From NCBI GenBank assembly GCA_963717935.1, contig CAVQXP010000003.1:1-64000 (forward strand): a stretch of 64,000 bases of DNA, in the 5' to 3' direction. Source of the stretch: Candidatus Eiseniibacteriota bacterium (lineage in GTDB: Bacteria > Eisenbacteria > RBG-16-71-46). The notes below the pieces were generated by a model. It saw only the letters and a list, made by a program, of their open reading frames with translations. It searched no databases and was not told where the DNA came from. The translations under genes were made by a program, and so were the position numbers. Positions 1 to 21,037 of the stretch are shown here, in pieces; positions within the stretch are counted from its first letter, which is position 1, and every line of letters starts with the position of its first letter.

Positions 1-12
1 GGGGGTGAAATT

Positions 13-2929
13 ATGATACAAGCGAGATTACGAGGTTACTTTAATTCAGCGCTTTTTAATACGATCGGTGGAGAATACTTCAAGAACTTTCTCGATGAAT
101 TCGTTAAGCGATATGTTTTAGTCAGCGCTAAGGGTTCAAGCGGGCAACTGTTTCAAGCAGGCAGTAGCCGATTTGACAAAGTTATAAATCAATACGATAT
201 GCCTTACCATATTCATATTATCAATGGGTTGTTGCCTGCTCTAAAACTTCTTGAGGAGAGATTTAAAAAGGAAGGGTGGCTTGAACAAAAAGAAAGCCCT
301 TTATTTCTACGTTGTTTTATAGTTGGATTCACATTGCATGATGTTAATAAGCTGACTGGCATTGATGAATTGAGTGAGAGCGTCGAGCAGTCTCTTATTT
401 CACTATGCGAAATCTTGAAACTCGAACGATTTTTCCCTGAATGGAGAGATTGGATTGAAGAAATCAAATTTCTTGCTCTTGGCACAGAATACCGAACAAA
501 AATCTATGCCCACCAAAAAGCTATAAAGGAATATGACTTTTTCAATACAGTTTTGGCAGAACATTGCCACCTTGCGGATTCTATAGCTTCTATGGATGGA
601 TTTCCCAATGTTGCTGAGTTTTATGAGCAATTATGTAACAAGCAGATGGATGGCAGGCGGCTTGTTGATTTGTGGCAGCTTTCCTTTGTTGAAGTTCAAG
701 AGAACATCTTCACCCTATTGTCACAAAAAGTCTTGTTTGCTGCAAAAACACTTATTCAGGATAAACGGCAACAGACTATTTTGTTTAGCTTAAGGAATGG
801 CTTTGTATATATCGGACAACCATTAAGTACAGATGAAATCGATAAGATAAAGATGGATTTCAAAAACGACTTATCCGATGTGGTTAAGTCTTCTCTCATT
901 GATTTTCAGGCATGCAAATTCGGCTTTTTGGAAAGCATCAGTGAAGAAAGTAACTCGGAAAACAAATATCATGGACAGATAAAAAATGCCATTGAAAAAA
1001 TATTAAGAGCAGGTTTTGCTAATAGCGGTGCTGGAAGTGAAAAGATAAAGCCTTTCGCAATAACAAATTATGCTCCTCTATTGAAAGAAACAAATGATAA
1101 ACCTGGAGAAGTAGAAAACCTTGAAAAACTGATTGATGAGAATGAGTTGCCCTTAACAGTCTTTTCTCCAAAGGCAAAGGATGGAACAATTCAGAATTAC
1201 TTTCTGCGGCTTCATAAGAAATGGGATGAAATCAGTGATTCAGAGAAAGCATTCTTAACCCTTTATGCGTTAGAAAAAATGAAAATACTATCATCAAAGG
1301 TTTTCACTAATTGGAAACCCAAAGATTCTTATCCTGAATATTCAACTGCCACAGAGCGATCTGTTATTGCGTTGATGAATGCTATCAATCTATGTCAAAA
1401 AGTGGAAAGCGATGGCAAAACCATTGCAGATGCTTTATCAACTGTTTGGAATGAGGTTATTAAAACACTATCTACCTCATCACTTGTAAAAACTGTGGAT
1501 ACACAGGAGCTTGATGACTTTACTGATTTTTATCTATCAGGTAATTTTGAGCGCGACATCAACAAAGTGACTAGCTTTGTTGGAGAGATTCCAGAGAAAA
1601 CAGATATGTGCTTCTTTACGGGACGTAAAGCAATGACAAAATATGGGGCAGAAAGGGCTTTTGGAATTTCAGCTCTCAATTTTAGCAATCGGTCTTTAAA
1701 TACATTAAAAAGTAAAGACAATCAAATATCTTCACTGTTTTTTCAAGAAAATGAATTGCGGTTAAAAGAATTGCCTCTGGGGATTCTATACAAAAAAACT
1801 GAAACAGGAAGATAAAAACAATCTTGACAGGCAAATGTTTAAAGATGCCTCTGATGCAAACGCTGTTATCTATTATGACTTCGGGGAATATTTTATTGAT
1901 ATTTCGAGTCGTCAATTGCTCGATGTTCTGAGTAAAGCCTTTTCTTATGACTGCAGGGATGTAAATGGACTGACTCTCATTTTTGACAGCCTTGCATACG
2001 ATTTTAACCTTTACGGAATGAATTTCAATCGTATCGGTGAGGACGTGGAGTCCAATTTTTACTTCATTCACCAGATGCTTAAGCTGATACCGAAAACAGG
2101 CTTCAGGATTTTTGTATCAGATATATTGACGCCATATCACTCTCATAAAGAGATGTTTGTCTTTGAAAATTGTATGCCCTTTGTAAAAAGACTTGGCTGG
2201 AACAGGATTCGGATTGACCAGGTTGAAACCAGGTTGCAGGAGATGAATCTGCTTTTATCGCTCAACGCAAAGAGATTGGTCAGTAATGTCTTAAATTATG
2301 CAGAAGACAGGCAATCTATTTTTACGGCTTTTGCGTTGCTGGATGATGATAATAAGGCAAAGGCACGAAACGCTATGCTTAAATTTATAAATTTAAACAA
2401 GGAGGTGTTAAAAATGAGTGTAATGAATGAACTGGCGCAGATTGCCATTGAGATGGTAAGGCCAAAATCAGGCAGTACTTCTCAGGAAAGCTGGATAATC
2501 AGGGATGCCCTTAAGGTCCTGAAAGACTGCCATAAGGAGGAGAGGGATAAAGAAACGGCTGTAGAACAGATTGCCGGGGATTTAAGAAAAATTCTGAAAA
2601 ACAGGGATTATGCAGACCTGTCAAAATGTGAGCCTTTTGCAAAAGCCCTTTATGAAAAGTTGTTTGAGCAGGAATGGAAGAAACATTTCCCCCAACCTGG
2701 TAGACTCCGTAACTGGGTAAACCAATTTGCCTTTCTTTATTCTGATAAAGGATATATGGAAAGCAGGAAGTCAAAAATTAAAGGCATTATAAAGAAGCTG
2801 AAGGAGGAGGGGAAAGATATTTCGGAAGACACCGTGATTCAGTTTCTTGTTGCTGAAAATAAGAAGATTGAGAAATATTCGGACGATTACCGTGAGGTAT
2901 TTCAGGAAGTAATTTCGGGAATTAAATAA
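13..2929 (+). CDS. cas10d: Type I-D CRISPR large subunit Cas10d/Csc3, split by a single frameshift near 1779-1798 (ORFs 13-1815 and 1835-2929)
   Basis: N-terminal HD-nuclease motifs ([27 protein letters not shown]). Removing one base in the GGGG or A7 run joins the two ORFs into ~970 aa. Lies directly upstream of a csc2-like gene. Confidence 0.75.
2414..2929 (+). CDS. cas11d: Probable Cas11d small subunit translated from an internal start within cas10d (171 aa)
   Basis: AAGGAGG at 2399-2405 followed by an in-frame ATG at 2414 ([11 protein letters not shown]...). Internal Cas11d translation is known in type I-D systems. Confidence 0.65.
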   Translation: MSVMNELAQIAIEMVRPKSGSTSQESWIIRDALKVLKDCHKEERDKETAVEQIAGDLRKILKNRDYADLSKCEPFAKALYEKLFEQEWKKHFPQPGRLRNWVNQFAFLYSDKGYMESRKSKIKGIIKKLKEEGKDISEDTVIQFLVAENKKIEKYSDDYREVFQEVISGIK

Positions 2930-2952
2930 ATTCAAAAGAGGAGGATAGAAAT

Positions 2953-3366
2953 ATGGCAGCAATTGAACAGCTTTATGATTTCATTGACAGGAAATGGTTT
3001 GTGGGTGATTTAAAAGAAAATAGCATTGGACATATTAAGATTGCCTTGGTAAGAGAGATTGTAAATCCCCTCATTATCAGAAGCACCGACATGGAGGCGA
3101 CAATTACATTGGTAACCGCTGACGGACGGGAGCTTGTAGAAATCCCTCCAAGAAAATTAAAGAGCAAGGAGAAGTTACTCGGTTTAATGTTATGCCGTGA
3201 ATTTAAGGTTGTAGATGAAAAAGTTCGCTACAATGTGTTTGAAGGCGCAGAGATGTTGAATAATCCAAACTCTGCCCTTTTTGGAGATACATCCACAAAA
3301 TCTGGCGATACAGCCGGGCTTACAAGCAGGGCAATATACGACTGGGCATATTCGCTAAGAGACGCT
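2953..3366 (+). CDS. csc2: Type I-D Cas7d/Csc2, 5' fragment truncated at the composition junction
   Basis: RBS GAGGAGG; motifs [20 protein letters not shown] and [13 protein letters not shown] typical of Csc2; position after cas10d. Confidence 0.75.
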
Positions 3367-6798
<3,432 letters not shown>

Positions 6799-6834
6799 TG
6801 ACAGCATCCGGTCCCGGTCCACGGCGCGGAGTGA

Positions 6835-11088
<4,254 letters not shown>

Positions 11089-11092
11089 CGCC

Positions 11093-11121
11093 TTGACAAG
11101 CAAAGGCCAAGCTCTTAGATT
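11093..11121 (+). promoter_or_regulatory. Sigma70-type promoter of the str operon
   Basis: TTGACA (11093-98), 17-bp spacer, TAGATT (11116-21), ~100 bp upstream of rpsL. Confidence 0.7.
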
Positions 11122-11220
11122 CCCCGGTCTGCGCGGCAACGGTGCGTGTCTTTCCCTCGCGGGTGCCGTGGCCAGACTGACCGCGCAATCCCATTATCGA
11201 CAAGTGGTTGGAGGACATCC

Positions 11221-11589
11221 GTGCCCACGCTGAACCAGTTGATCCGCCATGGTCGGCGGCCGATCAAGACGAAGACCGGTGCGCCCGCGCTGAAGGGCAG
11301 CCCGCAGAAGCGCGGCGTGTGCACGCGCGTGTACACGACGACGCCGAAGAAGCCGAACTCGGCGCTGCGGAAGGTGGCGCGCGTGCGGCTGGTCAACGGC
11401 ATGGAAGTCACCTGCTACATCCCGGGCGAAGGCCACAACCTGCAGGAGCACTCGATCGTGCTCATCCGCGGGGGCCGCGTGAAGGACCTGCCGGGTGTGC
11501 GTTACCACATCATCCGCGGCACGCTGGACGCGAGCGGGGTGGGTGGGCGCAAGCAGAGCCGATCGAAGTACGGCACCAAGTCGAAGTAG
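11221..11589 (+). CDS. rpsL: 30S ribosomal protein S12
   Basis: GTG start after [32 protein letters not shown]. Confidence 0.98.
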   Translation: MPTLNQLIRHGRRPIKTKTGAPALKGSPQKRGVCTRVYTTTPKKPNSALRKVARVRLVNGMEVTCYIPGEGHNLQEHSIVLIRGGRVKDLPGVRYHIIRGTLDASGVGGRKQSRSKYGTKSK

Positions 11590-11694
11590 CGGCGCGAATG
11601 GCGCGGGCCCACGGGCCCCGCAGGCGCGTCACCGGATCGCCCCCGGAGCGTTTTCTCCAGAGGGCGCTCGCTCGAATGAGGAGAGGAAAGGCGC

Positions 11695-12165
11695 ATGCCT
11701 CGCAAGGGTTTCGTGAGACGCCGGGAGCCTGCGGCGGACCCGAAATACGACAGTGTCCTGGTGACGCGGTTCATCAACGGCCTGATGGAGACCGGTAAGC
11801 GCTCCATCGCCGAGCGTCATTTCTACGGCGCCATGACGATGGTCGAGCAGAAGACCGGACAGGACGCGATGACGGTCCTCAAGATGGCGATGACCAACGT
11901 CAAGCCCATGCTCGAGGTCAAGTCGCGGCGCGTCGGCGGTGCCAATTACCAGGTGCCGGTCGAGGTCCGTCCGGACCGGCGGAACGCTCTGGCGACGCGC
12001 TGGATCATCGGTTACGCGCTCGAGCGCCCGGACCACACGTTCGCTGAGAAGTTCGCTGCCGAGATCATGGCGGCCGCCAAGAACGAGGGCGGTGCCGTGA
12101 AGAAGCGCGAGGACACGCACAAGATGGCGGAGGCCAACAAGGCCTTCGCGCACTATCGCTGGTAG
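11695..12165 (+). CDS. rpsG: 30S ribosomal protein S7
   Basis: EVKSRRVGGANYQVPVEV, MAEANKAFAHYRW. Confidence 0.98.
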   Translation: MPRKGFVRRREPAADPKYDSVLVTRFINGLMETGKRSIAERHFYGAMTMVEQKTGQDAMTVLKMAMTNVKPMLEVKSRRVGGANYQVPVEVRPDRRNALATRWIIGYALERPDHTFAEKFAAEIMAAAKNEGGAVKKREDTHKMAEANKAFAHYRW

Positions 12166-12383
12166 GACGCGAGGCCCGGAGGAACCGGGCCGCGCTGGAA
12201 TCGCTCAAGACACCATCGACGGGTGAAGGTCGGCGTGAGGCCGGCCTGGGCCCGGATCCCGGAAGAGGTGCCGGGCCGGGTCTGAACACTGCGGATGGTC
12301 ACGCATCCCATCACCGCGCTTTCTTCGACGGAAAGGCAGGTGGTGCTTCGAGGTAACCTTCGTCGGATAGGAAGTCGCAGTAC

Positions 12384-14462
12384 ATGTCTCGGCAGACCAC
12401 GCTCCAGCAATACCGGAACATCGGGATCATGGCCCATATCGACGCCGGCAAGACCACCTTGACCGAGCGCGTGCTCTTCTATACGGGCCGGATCCACCAG
12501 CTGGGCGAGGTGCACGACGGCGTCGCCACGATGGACTGGATGGAGCAGGAACGGGAGCGCGGCATCACCATCACCTCCGCCGCCACCACCTGCTTCTGGC
12601 GCGGGCACCGCATCAACATCATCGACACCCCGGGTCACGTCGACTTCACCGTGGAGGTGGAGCGCGCGCTGCGCATCCTCGACGGCGCGGTCGCCGTGTT
12701 CTGTGCCGTGGGCGGCGTCGAGCCCCAGTCCGAGACCGTGTGGCGCCAGGCGGACAAGTACAACGTTCCGCGCATCGCCTTCGTCAACAAGATGGACCGC
12801 GTGGGCGCCGATTTCGACAACGTCGTCCGGATGATGCGCGAGCGCCTCGGCGCGAAGCCCGTTCCCGTCCACGTCCCGGTGTTCCTGGGGGAGCAGTTCC
12901 AGGGGCTGATCGACCTGGTGGAGATGAAGGCCATCGCCTACGACGAGGTCAGCCAGGGCACGACCTTCGAAGTCCAGGACATCCCGCGCGACCTGCGGGC
13001 CCGTGTCGACGAGGCGCGCTTCCACCTGCTCGAGTCCATCGCCGAGTTCGACGAGCAATTGCTCGACCGCTACCTGCATGAGCAGCCCTGCACGGTGGAG
13101 GACGTCCGGCGCGCGCTGCGCAAGGGGACGCTCCTGGGCGCCATCCAGCCCGTGCTGTGCGGCTCGGCCTACCGCAACAAGGGCGTGCAGCGGCTGATGG
13201 ACGCCGTGGTGGACTATCTGCCCTCGCCGCTCGACATGCCGCCGGTGCAGGGCCACACCACCGACACCTGGCAGCGCGTGACGCGCGAACCCAGCGACGA
13301 CCAGCCGTTCGCGGCCCTGGCCTTCAAGATCGCGACGGACCCGTACGTCGGCAAGTTGACGTTCTTCCGGGTCTACTCCGGCTCGGTTCGTACGGGTGAC
13401 CAGGTGCTGAACGTGGCTACCGGGCGCAACGAGCGCGTCGGCCGCCTGGTGCAGATGCACGCGAACAAGCGTGAAGAGATCAACGAGGTGTTCGTGGGGG
13501 ACATCGCGGCGGGCATCGGCTTCAAGAGGGTGAGCACGGGCCACACGCTGTGCGATCCGGACCACCCGCTCGCGCTCGAGGCCATGATCTTCCCGGAGCC
13601 GGTCGTGGACGTGGCCATCGAGCCCCGGTCCAAGGCCGACGAGGAGAAGCTCGCGAACGCCCTGCAGCGGCTCTCCGAAGAGGACCCCACCTTTCGCGTG
13701 CGTACCGACGATGATTCGGGCCAGACCGTCATCTCGGGCATGGGCGAGCTGCACCTCGAGATCCTGGTGGACCGCATGAAGCGCGAGTTCAGCGTGGACG
13801 CGAACGTGGGCAAGCCCCAGGTGTCCTACAAGGAGACGATCTCCGTGGCGGCCGAGGCGCGCCACCGCTTCGTGCGCCAGACCGGCGGTCACGGCATGTT
13901 CGCCGACGTCACCCTGCGGGTGGAACCCCAGGTGGCGGGCAAGGGCTTCGAGTTCGAGAGCCGGATCGTGGGTGGCGCCATCCCGCGCGAGTACATTCCC
14001 GCGGTGGAGCGGGGCGTCGAGGAGGCCATGCGGGGTGGCGTGCTGGCGGGCTACCCGATGGTGGACGTGAAGGTCTCCCTGCTGGACGGCTCCTTCCACG
14101 AGGTGGACTCCTCGGAGATGGCGTTCAAGATCGCGGCTTCGATGGGGTTCAAGGAGGCCTGCGCGAAGGCGCAGCCCAAGCTGCTCGAGCCCATCTTCGA
14201 TGTCGAGGTCGTGGTGCCCGAGGAGTACATGGGCGACATCATCGGCGATCTGTCGGCGCGCCGGGGCCGCATCGGCGGCATGTTCACCCGCGCGGAGGCC
14301 CGCGTCATCGCTGCGTCGGTGCCCCTGGCGGAGATGTTCGGATATGCGACGCGGATGCGCTCGATCTCCCAGGGGCGCGCCGTGTACTCCATGCAGTTCT
14401 CCCGCTACGACACGCTGCCCCAGTCGGTGGCGGAGGAGATCGTCGCGAAGGCGAGAGGTTAG
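12384..14462 (+). CDS. fusA: Elongation factor G
   Basis: [51 protein letters not shown]. Confidence 0.98.
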   Translation: MSRQTTLQQYRNIGIMAHIDAGKTTLTERVLFYTGRIHQLGEVHDGVATMDWMEQERERGITITSAATTCFWRGHRINIIDTPGHVDFTVEVERALRILDGAVAVFCAVGGVEPQSETVWRQADKYNVPRIAFVNKMDRVGADFDNVVRMMRERLGAKPVPVHVPVFLGEQFQGLIDLVEMKAIAYDEVSQGTTFEVQDIPRDLRARVDEARFHLLESIAEFDEQLLDRYLHEQPCTVEDVRRALRKGTLLGAIQPVLCGSAYRNKGVQRLMDAVVDYLPSPLDMPPVQGHTTDTWQRVTREPSDDQPFAALAFKIATDPYVGKLTFFRVYSGSVRTGDQVLNVATGRNERVGRLVQMHANKREEINEVFVGDIAAGIGFKRVSTGHTLCDPDHPLALEAMIFPEPVVDVAIEPRSKADEEKLANALQRLSEEDPTFRVRTDDDSGQTVISGMGELHLEILVDRMKREFSVDANVGKPQVSYKETISVAAEARHRFVRQTGGHGMFADVTLRVEPQVAGKGFEFESRIVGGAIPREYIPAVERGVEEAMRGGVLAGYPMVDVKVSLLDGSFHEVDSSEMAFKIAASMGFKEACAKAQPKLLEPIFDVEVVVPEEYMGDIIGDLSARRGRIGGMFTRAEARVIAASVPLAEMFGYATRMRSISQGRAVYSMQFSRYDTLPQSVAEEIVAKARG

Positions 14463-14464
14463 GC

Positions 14465-14485
14465 CCGGGTCGCACCCGGTCTTTT
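14465..14485 (+). terminator. Short hairpin with T-tail between fusA and tuf
   Basis: CCGGGT-cgc-ACCCGG followed by TCTTTT. Confidence 0.35.
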
Positions 14486-14515
14486 GCGTCGTCCCGGACG
14501 ACGGAGGAAAGGTTC

Positions 14516-15715
<1,200 letters not shown>

Positions 15716-15719
15716 GGGG

Positions 15720-16031
<312 letters not shown>

Positions 16032-16051
16032 GCAGGCAAGTGGGACCAACC

Positions 16052-16675
16052 ATGATCGGTTTGATTGGCAGAAAAGTGGGCATGACTCAGTTCTTCGACG
16101 AGAGGGGCGAGGCCATCCCCGTCACCATCATCGAGGCGGGCCCGTGCACGGTCACCGAGCTGCGCAGCGCGCAGCGCGACGGCTACACGGCGGTGCAACT
16201 CGGCTTCGGGACCAACAAGGAGTCCCGTTTCACCCGGCCCGCACTCGGACAGTTCAAGAAGCGCAACCTTCCTCCGCTGCGCCACCTGCGCGAGTTCCGC
16301 GTGGAGAGCATCGAGGGACTGGCGATCGGCCAGAGTCTGGACGTCTCGATCTTCGAGAAGGGCCGGCACGTCGACATCCAGGGGGTGACCAAGGGCCGCG
16401 GGTTCGCGGGCGTGGTCAAGCGCTACGGCTTCAGCGCCGGTCATGCTTCGCACGGCCCGACGGCCGGCAAGCAGCCCGGTTCGATCGGTGCCTCCGCGTA
16501 TCCCTCGCGTGTCGTCAAGGGCAAGCGTCTGCCCGGTCACATGGGCAACGTCAATCTGACCATCAAGAACCTGGAGGTCGTCGCGATCGACCCGGAGCAG
16601 AACGTGCTCATGGTGCGCGGCGCCGTGCCGGGGCCGACCAACGGCCTGGTGGTCGTGAAGAAGCGGGAAGGCTGA
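16052..16675 (+). CDS. rplC: 50S ribosomal protein L3
   Basis: [26 protein letters not shown]. Confidence 0.98.
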   Translation: MIGLIGRKVGMTQFFDERGEAIPVTIIEAGPCTVTELRSAQRDGYTAVQLGFGTNKESRFTRPALGQFKKRNLPPLRHLREFRVESIEGLAIGQSLDVSIFEKGRHVDIQGVTKGRGFAGVVKRYGFSAGHASHGPTAGKQPGSIGASAYPSRVVKGKRLPGHMGNVNLTIKNLEVVAIDPEQNVLMVRGAVPGPTNGLVVVKKREG

Positions 16676-16676
16676 C

Positions 16677-17312
16677 ATGAGCGAGATCAACGCCAGGGTC
16701 TGTGGCCTCGACGGGGCCGAGAAGGGCACCACGAGCCTGCCGGAAGCGCTGTTCGGGCAGCAGGTGCACGAACACCTGCTGTACCTCTCGGTCAAGCGCC
16801 ACCTGGGCAACCAGCGGCAGGGAACGGCCAAGGTCAAGAGCCGCGCCGATGTCTCGGGAGGCACGCGCAAGCCGTTCCGCCAGAAGGGCACCGGCCGAGC
16901 GCGCCAGGGTGCGAACAACACGCCGCTCATGCCCGGCGGTGGCCGCGCCTTCGGTCCGAAGCCGCGTGACTACCGCACGGATCTGCCCAAGCAGCAGCGC
17001 CGCGCGGCGCTGGCTTCCGCGCTTTCGCAGATGGCTTCGGCCCACGCGGTGACGGTGCTCGAGTCGCTGTCGTTCCCGGAGCCGAAGACACGCCAGATGG
17101 TCGTGGTGCTCGAGCGGCTGGGCCTCGCGGACAAGCGCACGCTGCTGGTCGTGGACCGGGCGGACGCGAACCTGCTCAAGTCCTGCCGCAACCTGCGGAA
17201 CCTGAGCATGACGCTGGCGCACCAGGTGAACGCGTACGAACTGCTGAACAGCGATGCCCTGCTCGTGACGGCCGGCGGGCTCGAGCGCATGAAGGAGGTC
17301 TTCGTCAAATGA
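16677..17312 (+). CDS. rplD: 50S ribosomal protein L4
   Basis: [26 protein letters not shown]. Confidence 0.98.
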   Translation: MSEINARVCGLDGAEKGTTSLPEALFGQQVHEHLLYLSVKRHLGNQRQGTAKVKSRADVSGGTRKPFRQKGTGRARQGANNTPLMPGGGRAFGPKPRDYRTDLPKQQRRAALASALSQMASAHAVTVLESLSFPEPKTRQMVVVLERLGLADKRTLLVVDRADANLLKSCRNLRNLSMTLAHQVNAYELLNSDALLVTAGGLERMKEVFVK

Positions 17313-17599
17313 ACGATCCCCGCTCCATCGTGCGCCGGGCGCTCATCACCGAGAAGGGTACGATGCTCCGCGAGACGCGGAACCAGTACCACTTCGAGGT
17401 GGCGCGAGACGCCAACAAGATCGAGATCAAGCGCGCGATCGAGACCATCTTCTCGGTGAAGGTGGGTTCGGTTCGCACCCAGCAGCTGCGCGGCAAGGTC
17501 AAGCGGCAGGGCCGCTCCTCCGGCCGGCGCAGTGACTGGAAGAAAGCCATCGTCACGCTCAAGCCCGATCAGAAGATCGAGCTGTTCGAGCAGATCTAG
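17309..17599 (+). CDS. rplW: 50S ribosomal protein L23
   Basis: [23 protein letters not shown]; synteny. Confidence 0.97.
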   Translation: MNDPRSIVRRALITEKGTMLRETRNQYHFEVARDANKIEIKRAIETIFSVKVGSVRTQQLRGKVKRQGRSSGRRSDWKKAIVTLKPDQKIELFEQI

Positions 17600-17609
17600 A
17601 GGAACGGCC

Positions 17610-18434
17610 ATGGGTCTCAAGAAATTCCGTCCGACCACCCCGACGCTCCGGCATACGGTCCTGCCGGACTTCTCGGAGTTGACGCGGAGCCGTCCCGTGA
17701 AGTCGCTCACCGAGCGGCTCTACAAGACCGGCGGCCGCGACAACCAGGGCCACATCTCGCAGCGCTGGATCAGCGGCGGGCACAAGCGGCGCTACCGGAT
17801 CATCGACTTCGGCCGGACCAAGGACGGCATCCCGGCCCGCGTCGCGAGCATCGAGTACGATCCGAACCGCTCGGCGCGCATCGCGCTGCTCAACTACGCC
17901 GACGGCGAGCGCCGCTACATCGTGGCGCCGGACGGCCTGAAGGTCGGGATGAAGGTGCAGTCGGGCGGGGACGCGGAGATCAGTCCGGGGAACTGCCTGC
18001 CGCTGAAGAGCATCCCGCTCGGCACCAATATCCACAACGTGGAGTTGTTCCCGGGCCGTCGCTCCCGGGTGGCGCGCTCGGCGGGCACCTATTGCCAGCT
18101 CATGGCGAGGGACGGCGACTACGCGCATCTGCGGCTCCCGTCAGGCGAGGTGCGCAAGTTCCACATCAACTGCCGGGCGGTGGTCGGACAGGTAGGCAAC
18201 CTGGATCACGAGAACGTGTCCCTCGGGAAGGCCGGGCGGAACCGCTGGCGGGGCCGTGCGCCCAGCGTCAGGGGTGTCGTCATGAACCCGGTGGATCACC
18301 CGATGGGCGGCGGCGAAGGCAAGTCCTCCGGTGGGCGCCATCCGTGCTCGCCGTGGGGCAAGAAGTCCAAGGGTCTCAAGACGCGGAAGCGCAAGCTGAG
18401 CGACGCGCTCATCGTGCGCCGCCGGACGAAGTAG
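17610..18434 (+). CDS. rplB: 50S ribosomal protein L2
   Basis: [30 protein letters not shown]. Confidence 0.98.
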   Translation: MGLKKFRPTTPTLRHTVLPDFSELTRSRPVKSLTERLYKTGGRDNQGHISQRWISGGHKRRYRIIDFGRTKDGIPARVASIEYDPNRSARIALLNYADGERRYIVAPDGLKVGMKVQSGGDAEISPGNCLPLKSIPLGTNIHNVELFPGRRSRVARSAGTYCQLMARDGDYAHLRLPSGEVRKFHINCRAVVGQVGNLDHENVSLGKAGRNRWRGRAPSVRGVVMNPVDHPMGGGEGKSSGGRHPCSPWGKKSKGLKTRKRKLSDALIVRRRTK

Positions 18435-18449
18435 CGGGGAGAGGACTCC

Positions 18450-18740
18450 ATGGCGCGTTCAATCAAGAAGGGACCGTACGTCGTCGAGTCCCTCGTACGG
18501 AAGATCGAGACGCTGAACCGCAGCGGCGCGAAGCGCGTGCTCAAGACCTGGGCACGGCGCTCGACGGTGCTGCCCGAGTTCGTGGGCCACACGCTCGCGG
18601 TTCATAACGGCAACAAGTTCATCCCGATCTACATCACCGAGAACATGGTCGGTCACAAGCTCGGCGAGTTCGTGCCTACCCGGGTCTTCCGCGGTCACGG
18701 TCAGCACGTGGCCGAGAAGACCCCGGTGCCCGGAAAGTAG
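18450..18740 (+). CDS. rpsS: 30S ribosomal protein S19
   Basis: [16 protein letters not shown]. Confidence 0.98.
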   Translation: MARSIKKGPYVVESLVRKIETLNRSGAKRVLKTWARRSTVLPEFVGHTLAVHNGNKFIPIYITENMVGHKLGEFVPTRVFRGHGQHVAEKTPVPGK

Positions 18741-18744
18741 AGCC

Positions 18745-19080
18745 ATGCAAGCGAAAGCCATCCAGCGGTACGTGCGGATCACCCCGCGCAAGTGCAACCA
18801 GGTGCTCGACCTCATCCGCGGCGAGGCCGTGGAGAGCGCCCAGACCACGCTGCAGTTCACGCCCAAGGCGGGAGCGCGCATCGTGCAGAAGGTGCTCAAG
18901 TCCGCAGTCGCGAACGCGCTCCACGAGGGCAAGGTGCGGCTCGAGGACTTGTACGTGAAGGAAGCGATCGTCGGGGCCGGACCCACGCTCAAGCGCTGGC
19001 TGCCCCGCGCTCAGGGGCGCGCCACCCCCATGCTGAAGCGCACGAGCCACGTGTCAGTGACCGTGGCCACGAGGGAGTAG
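18745..19080 (+). CDS. rplV: 50S ribosomal protein L22
   Basis: PRAQGRA, KRTSHV; synteny. Confidence 0.98.
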   Translation: MQAKAIQRYVRITPRKCNQVLDLIRGEAVESAQTTLQFTPKAGARIVQKVLKSAVANALHEGKVRLEDLYVKEAIVGAGPTLKRWLPRAQGRATPMLKRTSHVSVTVATRE

Positions 19081-19082
19081 CC

Positions 19083-19742
19083 ATGGGCCAGAAGACACAT
19101 CCCATCGGCCTGCGCCTGGGCATCGTGAAGACCTGGGACTCGCGCTGGTTCGCCAAGCGCGGTTATGCCGAGTTGCTGAAGGAGGACCTGCTCATCAAGC
19201 GGTACCTCAAGAAGCGGCTCTACCAGGCCGGCATCTCGAAGATCACGATCGAGCGCAAGGGCGACAAGATCACCGTCGGCATCAAGACCGCGCGTCCGGG
19301 CCTGGTCATCGGCCGCAAGGGCGAGCAGGTGGACAAGCTCTCCGAGGAGATGAAGGCGCTCACGAAGAAGCATGTCCAGCTGAACATCGAGGAGATCAAG
19401 CGGGCCGACCTCGACGCCCAGCTCGTGGCCGAGCACATCGCCAAGCAGCTGGAGCAGCGCGTCTCGTTCCGTCGTGCCATGAAGAAGGCGATCGCCTCCT
19501 CGATGCGCGCCGGTGCGCAGGGCATCCGCGTGGCGGCCTCGGGCCGTCTGGGTGGATCCGAGATGGCGCGCTACGAGACCTACCGCGAGGGGCGGGTGCC
19601 GCTGCACACGCTGCGCGCGGACATCGATTTCGCCCGCGCCACCGCCAACACCGCCTACGGGACCTGCGGCGTGAAGGTGTGGATGTTCCACGGCGAGGTC
19701 CTGGACAAGCCCGCGGCCGTCACACCGGCCGGTGGACGGTAG
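19083..19742 (+). CDS. rpsC: 30S ribosomal protein S3
   Basis: [26 protein letters not shown]. Confidence 0.98.
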   Translation: MGQKTHPIGLRLGIVKTWDSRWFAKRGYAELLKEDLLIKRYLKKRLYQAGISKITIERKGDKITVGIKTARPGLVIGRKGEQVDKLSEEMKALTKKHVQLNIEEIKRADLDAQLVAEHIAKQLEQRVSFRRAMKKAIASSMRAGAQGIRVAASGRLGGSEMARYETYREGRVPLHTLRADIDFARATANTAYGTCGVKVWMFHGEVLDKPAAVTPAGGR

Positions 19743-19754
19743 GGGGACCCCGCC

Positions 19755-20177
19755 ATGCTGATGCCGAAGCGCGTCAAGTATCGTAAGCAGCAGCGCGGTC
19801 GCATGAACGGCAAGGCCTACCGTGGCTCGTCGGTCGTGTTCGGCGAGTACGGCCTGATGTCCCTCGATCCGGCGTGGGTCACGAATCGCCAGATCGAGGC
19901 CGCCCGCGTGGCCATCACCCGTTCGATCAAGCGCGGCGGGAAGATGTGGATCCGCGTGTTCCCCGACAAGCCCGTGACCAAGAAGCCGGCCGAGACCCGC
20001 ATGGGCAAGGGCAAGGGGGCGCCGGAGTTCTGGGTCGCAGTCGTCAAGCCGGGCCGCATCATGTTCGAGCTCGAAGGCATCACGCGGGCGGCGGCGCAGG
20101 AAGCGATGAAACTGGGCGCCTCGAAGCTGTCCGTCCGCACGCGCTTCGTCGAGCGCCACGAGCTCGGGAGGGATTGA
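19755..20177 (+). CDS. rplP: 50S ribosomal protein L16
   Basis: [18 protein letters not shown]. Confidence 0.98.
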   Translation: MLMPKRVKYRKQQRGRMNGKAYRGSSVVFGEYGLMSLDPAWVTNRQIEAARVAITRSIKRGGKMWIRVFPDKPVTKKPAETRMGKGKGAPEFWVAVVKPGRIMFELEGITRAAAQEAMKLGASKLSVRTRFVERHELGRD

Positions 20178-20180
20178 GCC

Positions 20181-20387
20181 GTGCCACACGTCAAGGCCAA
20201 GGCCATGCGGGATATGTCCCCGGACGAGATCCGGACGCGGCTCCAGGAATTGCGCGAGGAGCTGTTCAACCTGCGCTTCCGCAACGCCATGAAGCAGCTC
20301 GACAACCCGCTCAAGATCCGGGAGGGCCGGCGCGAGATGGCGCGCCTGCTGACCGTGCTGCGCGAGAAGGAGCAGGTCGCCAAATGA
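20181..20387 (+). CDS. rpmC: 50S ribosomal protein L29
   Basis: ELFNLRF, ARLLTV; synteny. Confidence 0.96.
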   Translation: MPHVKAKAMRDMSPDEIRTRLQELREELFNLRFRNAMKQLDNPLKIREGRREMARLLTVLREKEQVAK

Positions 20388-20650
20388 GCAACGACACCGA
20401 ACGCAATCGCAGGAAGGCGCGGATCGGCAAAGTGGTGAGCGACCGGATGGACAAGACGGTCGTGGTCTCCATCGAGCGCCTGGTCAAGCACCCCACCGTC
20501 GGCCGTTACGTGCGCCGGCGCGCGACCTTCAAGGTTCATGACGAGAAGAACGAGTGCCACATCGGTGACGTGATCCGCTTCATGGAGACGCGGCCGCTCT
20601 CGAAGGAGAAGCGCTGGCGTTTCGTGGAGTTCGTCGAGCGCGCGAAGTAG
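20384..20650 (+). CDS. rpsQ: 30S ribosomal protein S17
   Basis: GKVVSDRMDKTVVV, ETRPLSKEKRW. Confidence 0.97.
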   Translation: MSNDTERNRRKARIGKVVSDRMDKTVVVSIERLVKHPTVGRYVRRRATFKVHDEKNECHIGDVIRFMETRPLSKEKRWRFVEFVERAK

Positions 20651-20668
20651 CGCTCCGGGAGTCGAGCC

Positions 20669-21037
20669 ATGATCCAGTTGAGAACGATGGTGACCGTCGC
20701 CGACAACTCGGGCGCGAAGCGCGCCCAGTGCATCAAGGTGCTGGGTGGCCACCACAGGCGCTATGGCCGGCTCGGCGACATCGTCGTCGTGTCGGTGAGG
20801 GACGCCATCCCCGGCGCGGCGGTCAAGAAGGGCGACGTCGCGAAGGCGGTCGTGGTGCGCGTCGTGAAGGAGGGCCGCCGCAAGGACGGTTCCTACATCC
20901 GCTTCGATGAGAACGCGGTGGTGTTGATCAACGACGACAAGGAGCCGCGCGGCACCCGCATCTTCGGACCCGTGGCGCGAGAGCTTCGCGAGAAGCAGTT
21001 CATGAAGATCATCTCGCTGGCTCCGGAGGTGATCTGA
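20669..21037 (+). CDS. rplN: 50S ribosomal protein L14
   Basis: [25 protein letters not shown]. Confidence 0.98.
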   Translation: MIQLRTMVTVADNSGAKRAQCIKVLGGHHRRYGRLGDIVVVSVRDAIPGAAVKKGDVAKAVVVRVVKEGRRKDGSYIRFDENAVVLINDDKEPRGTRIFGPVARELREKQFMKIISLAPEVI

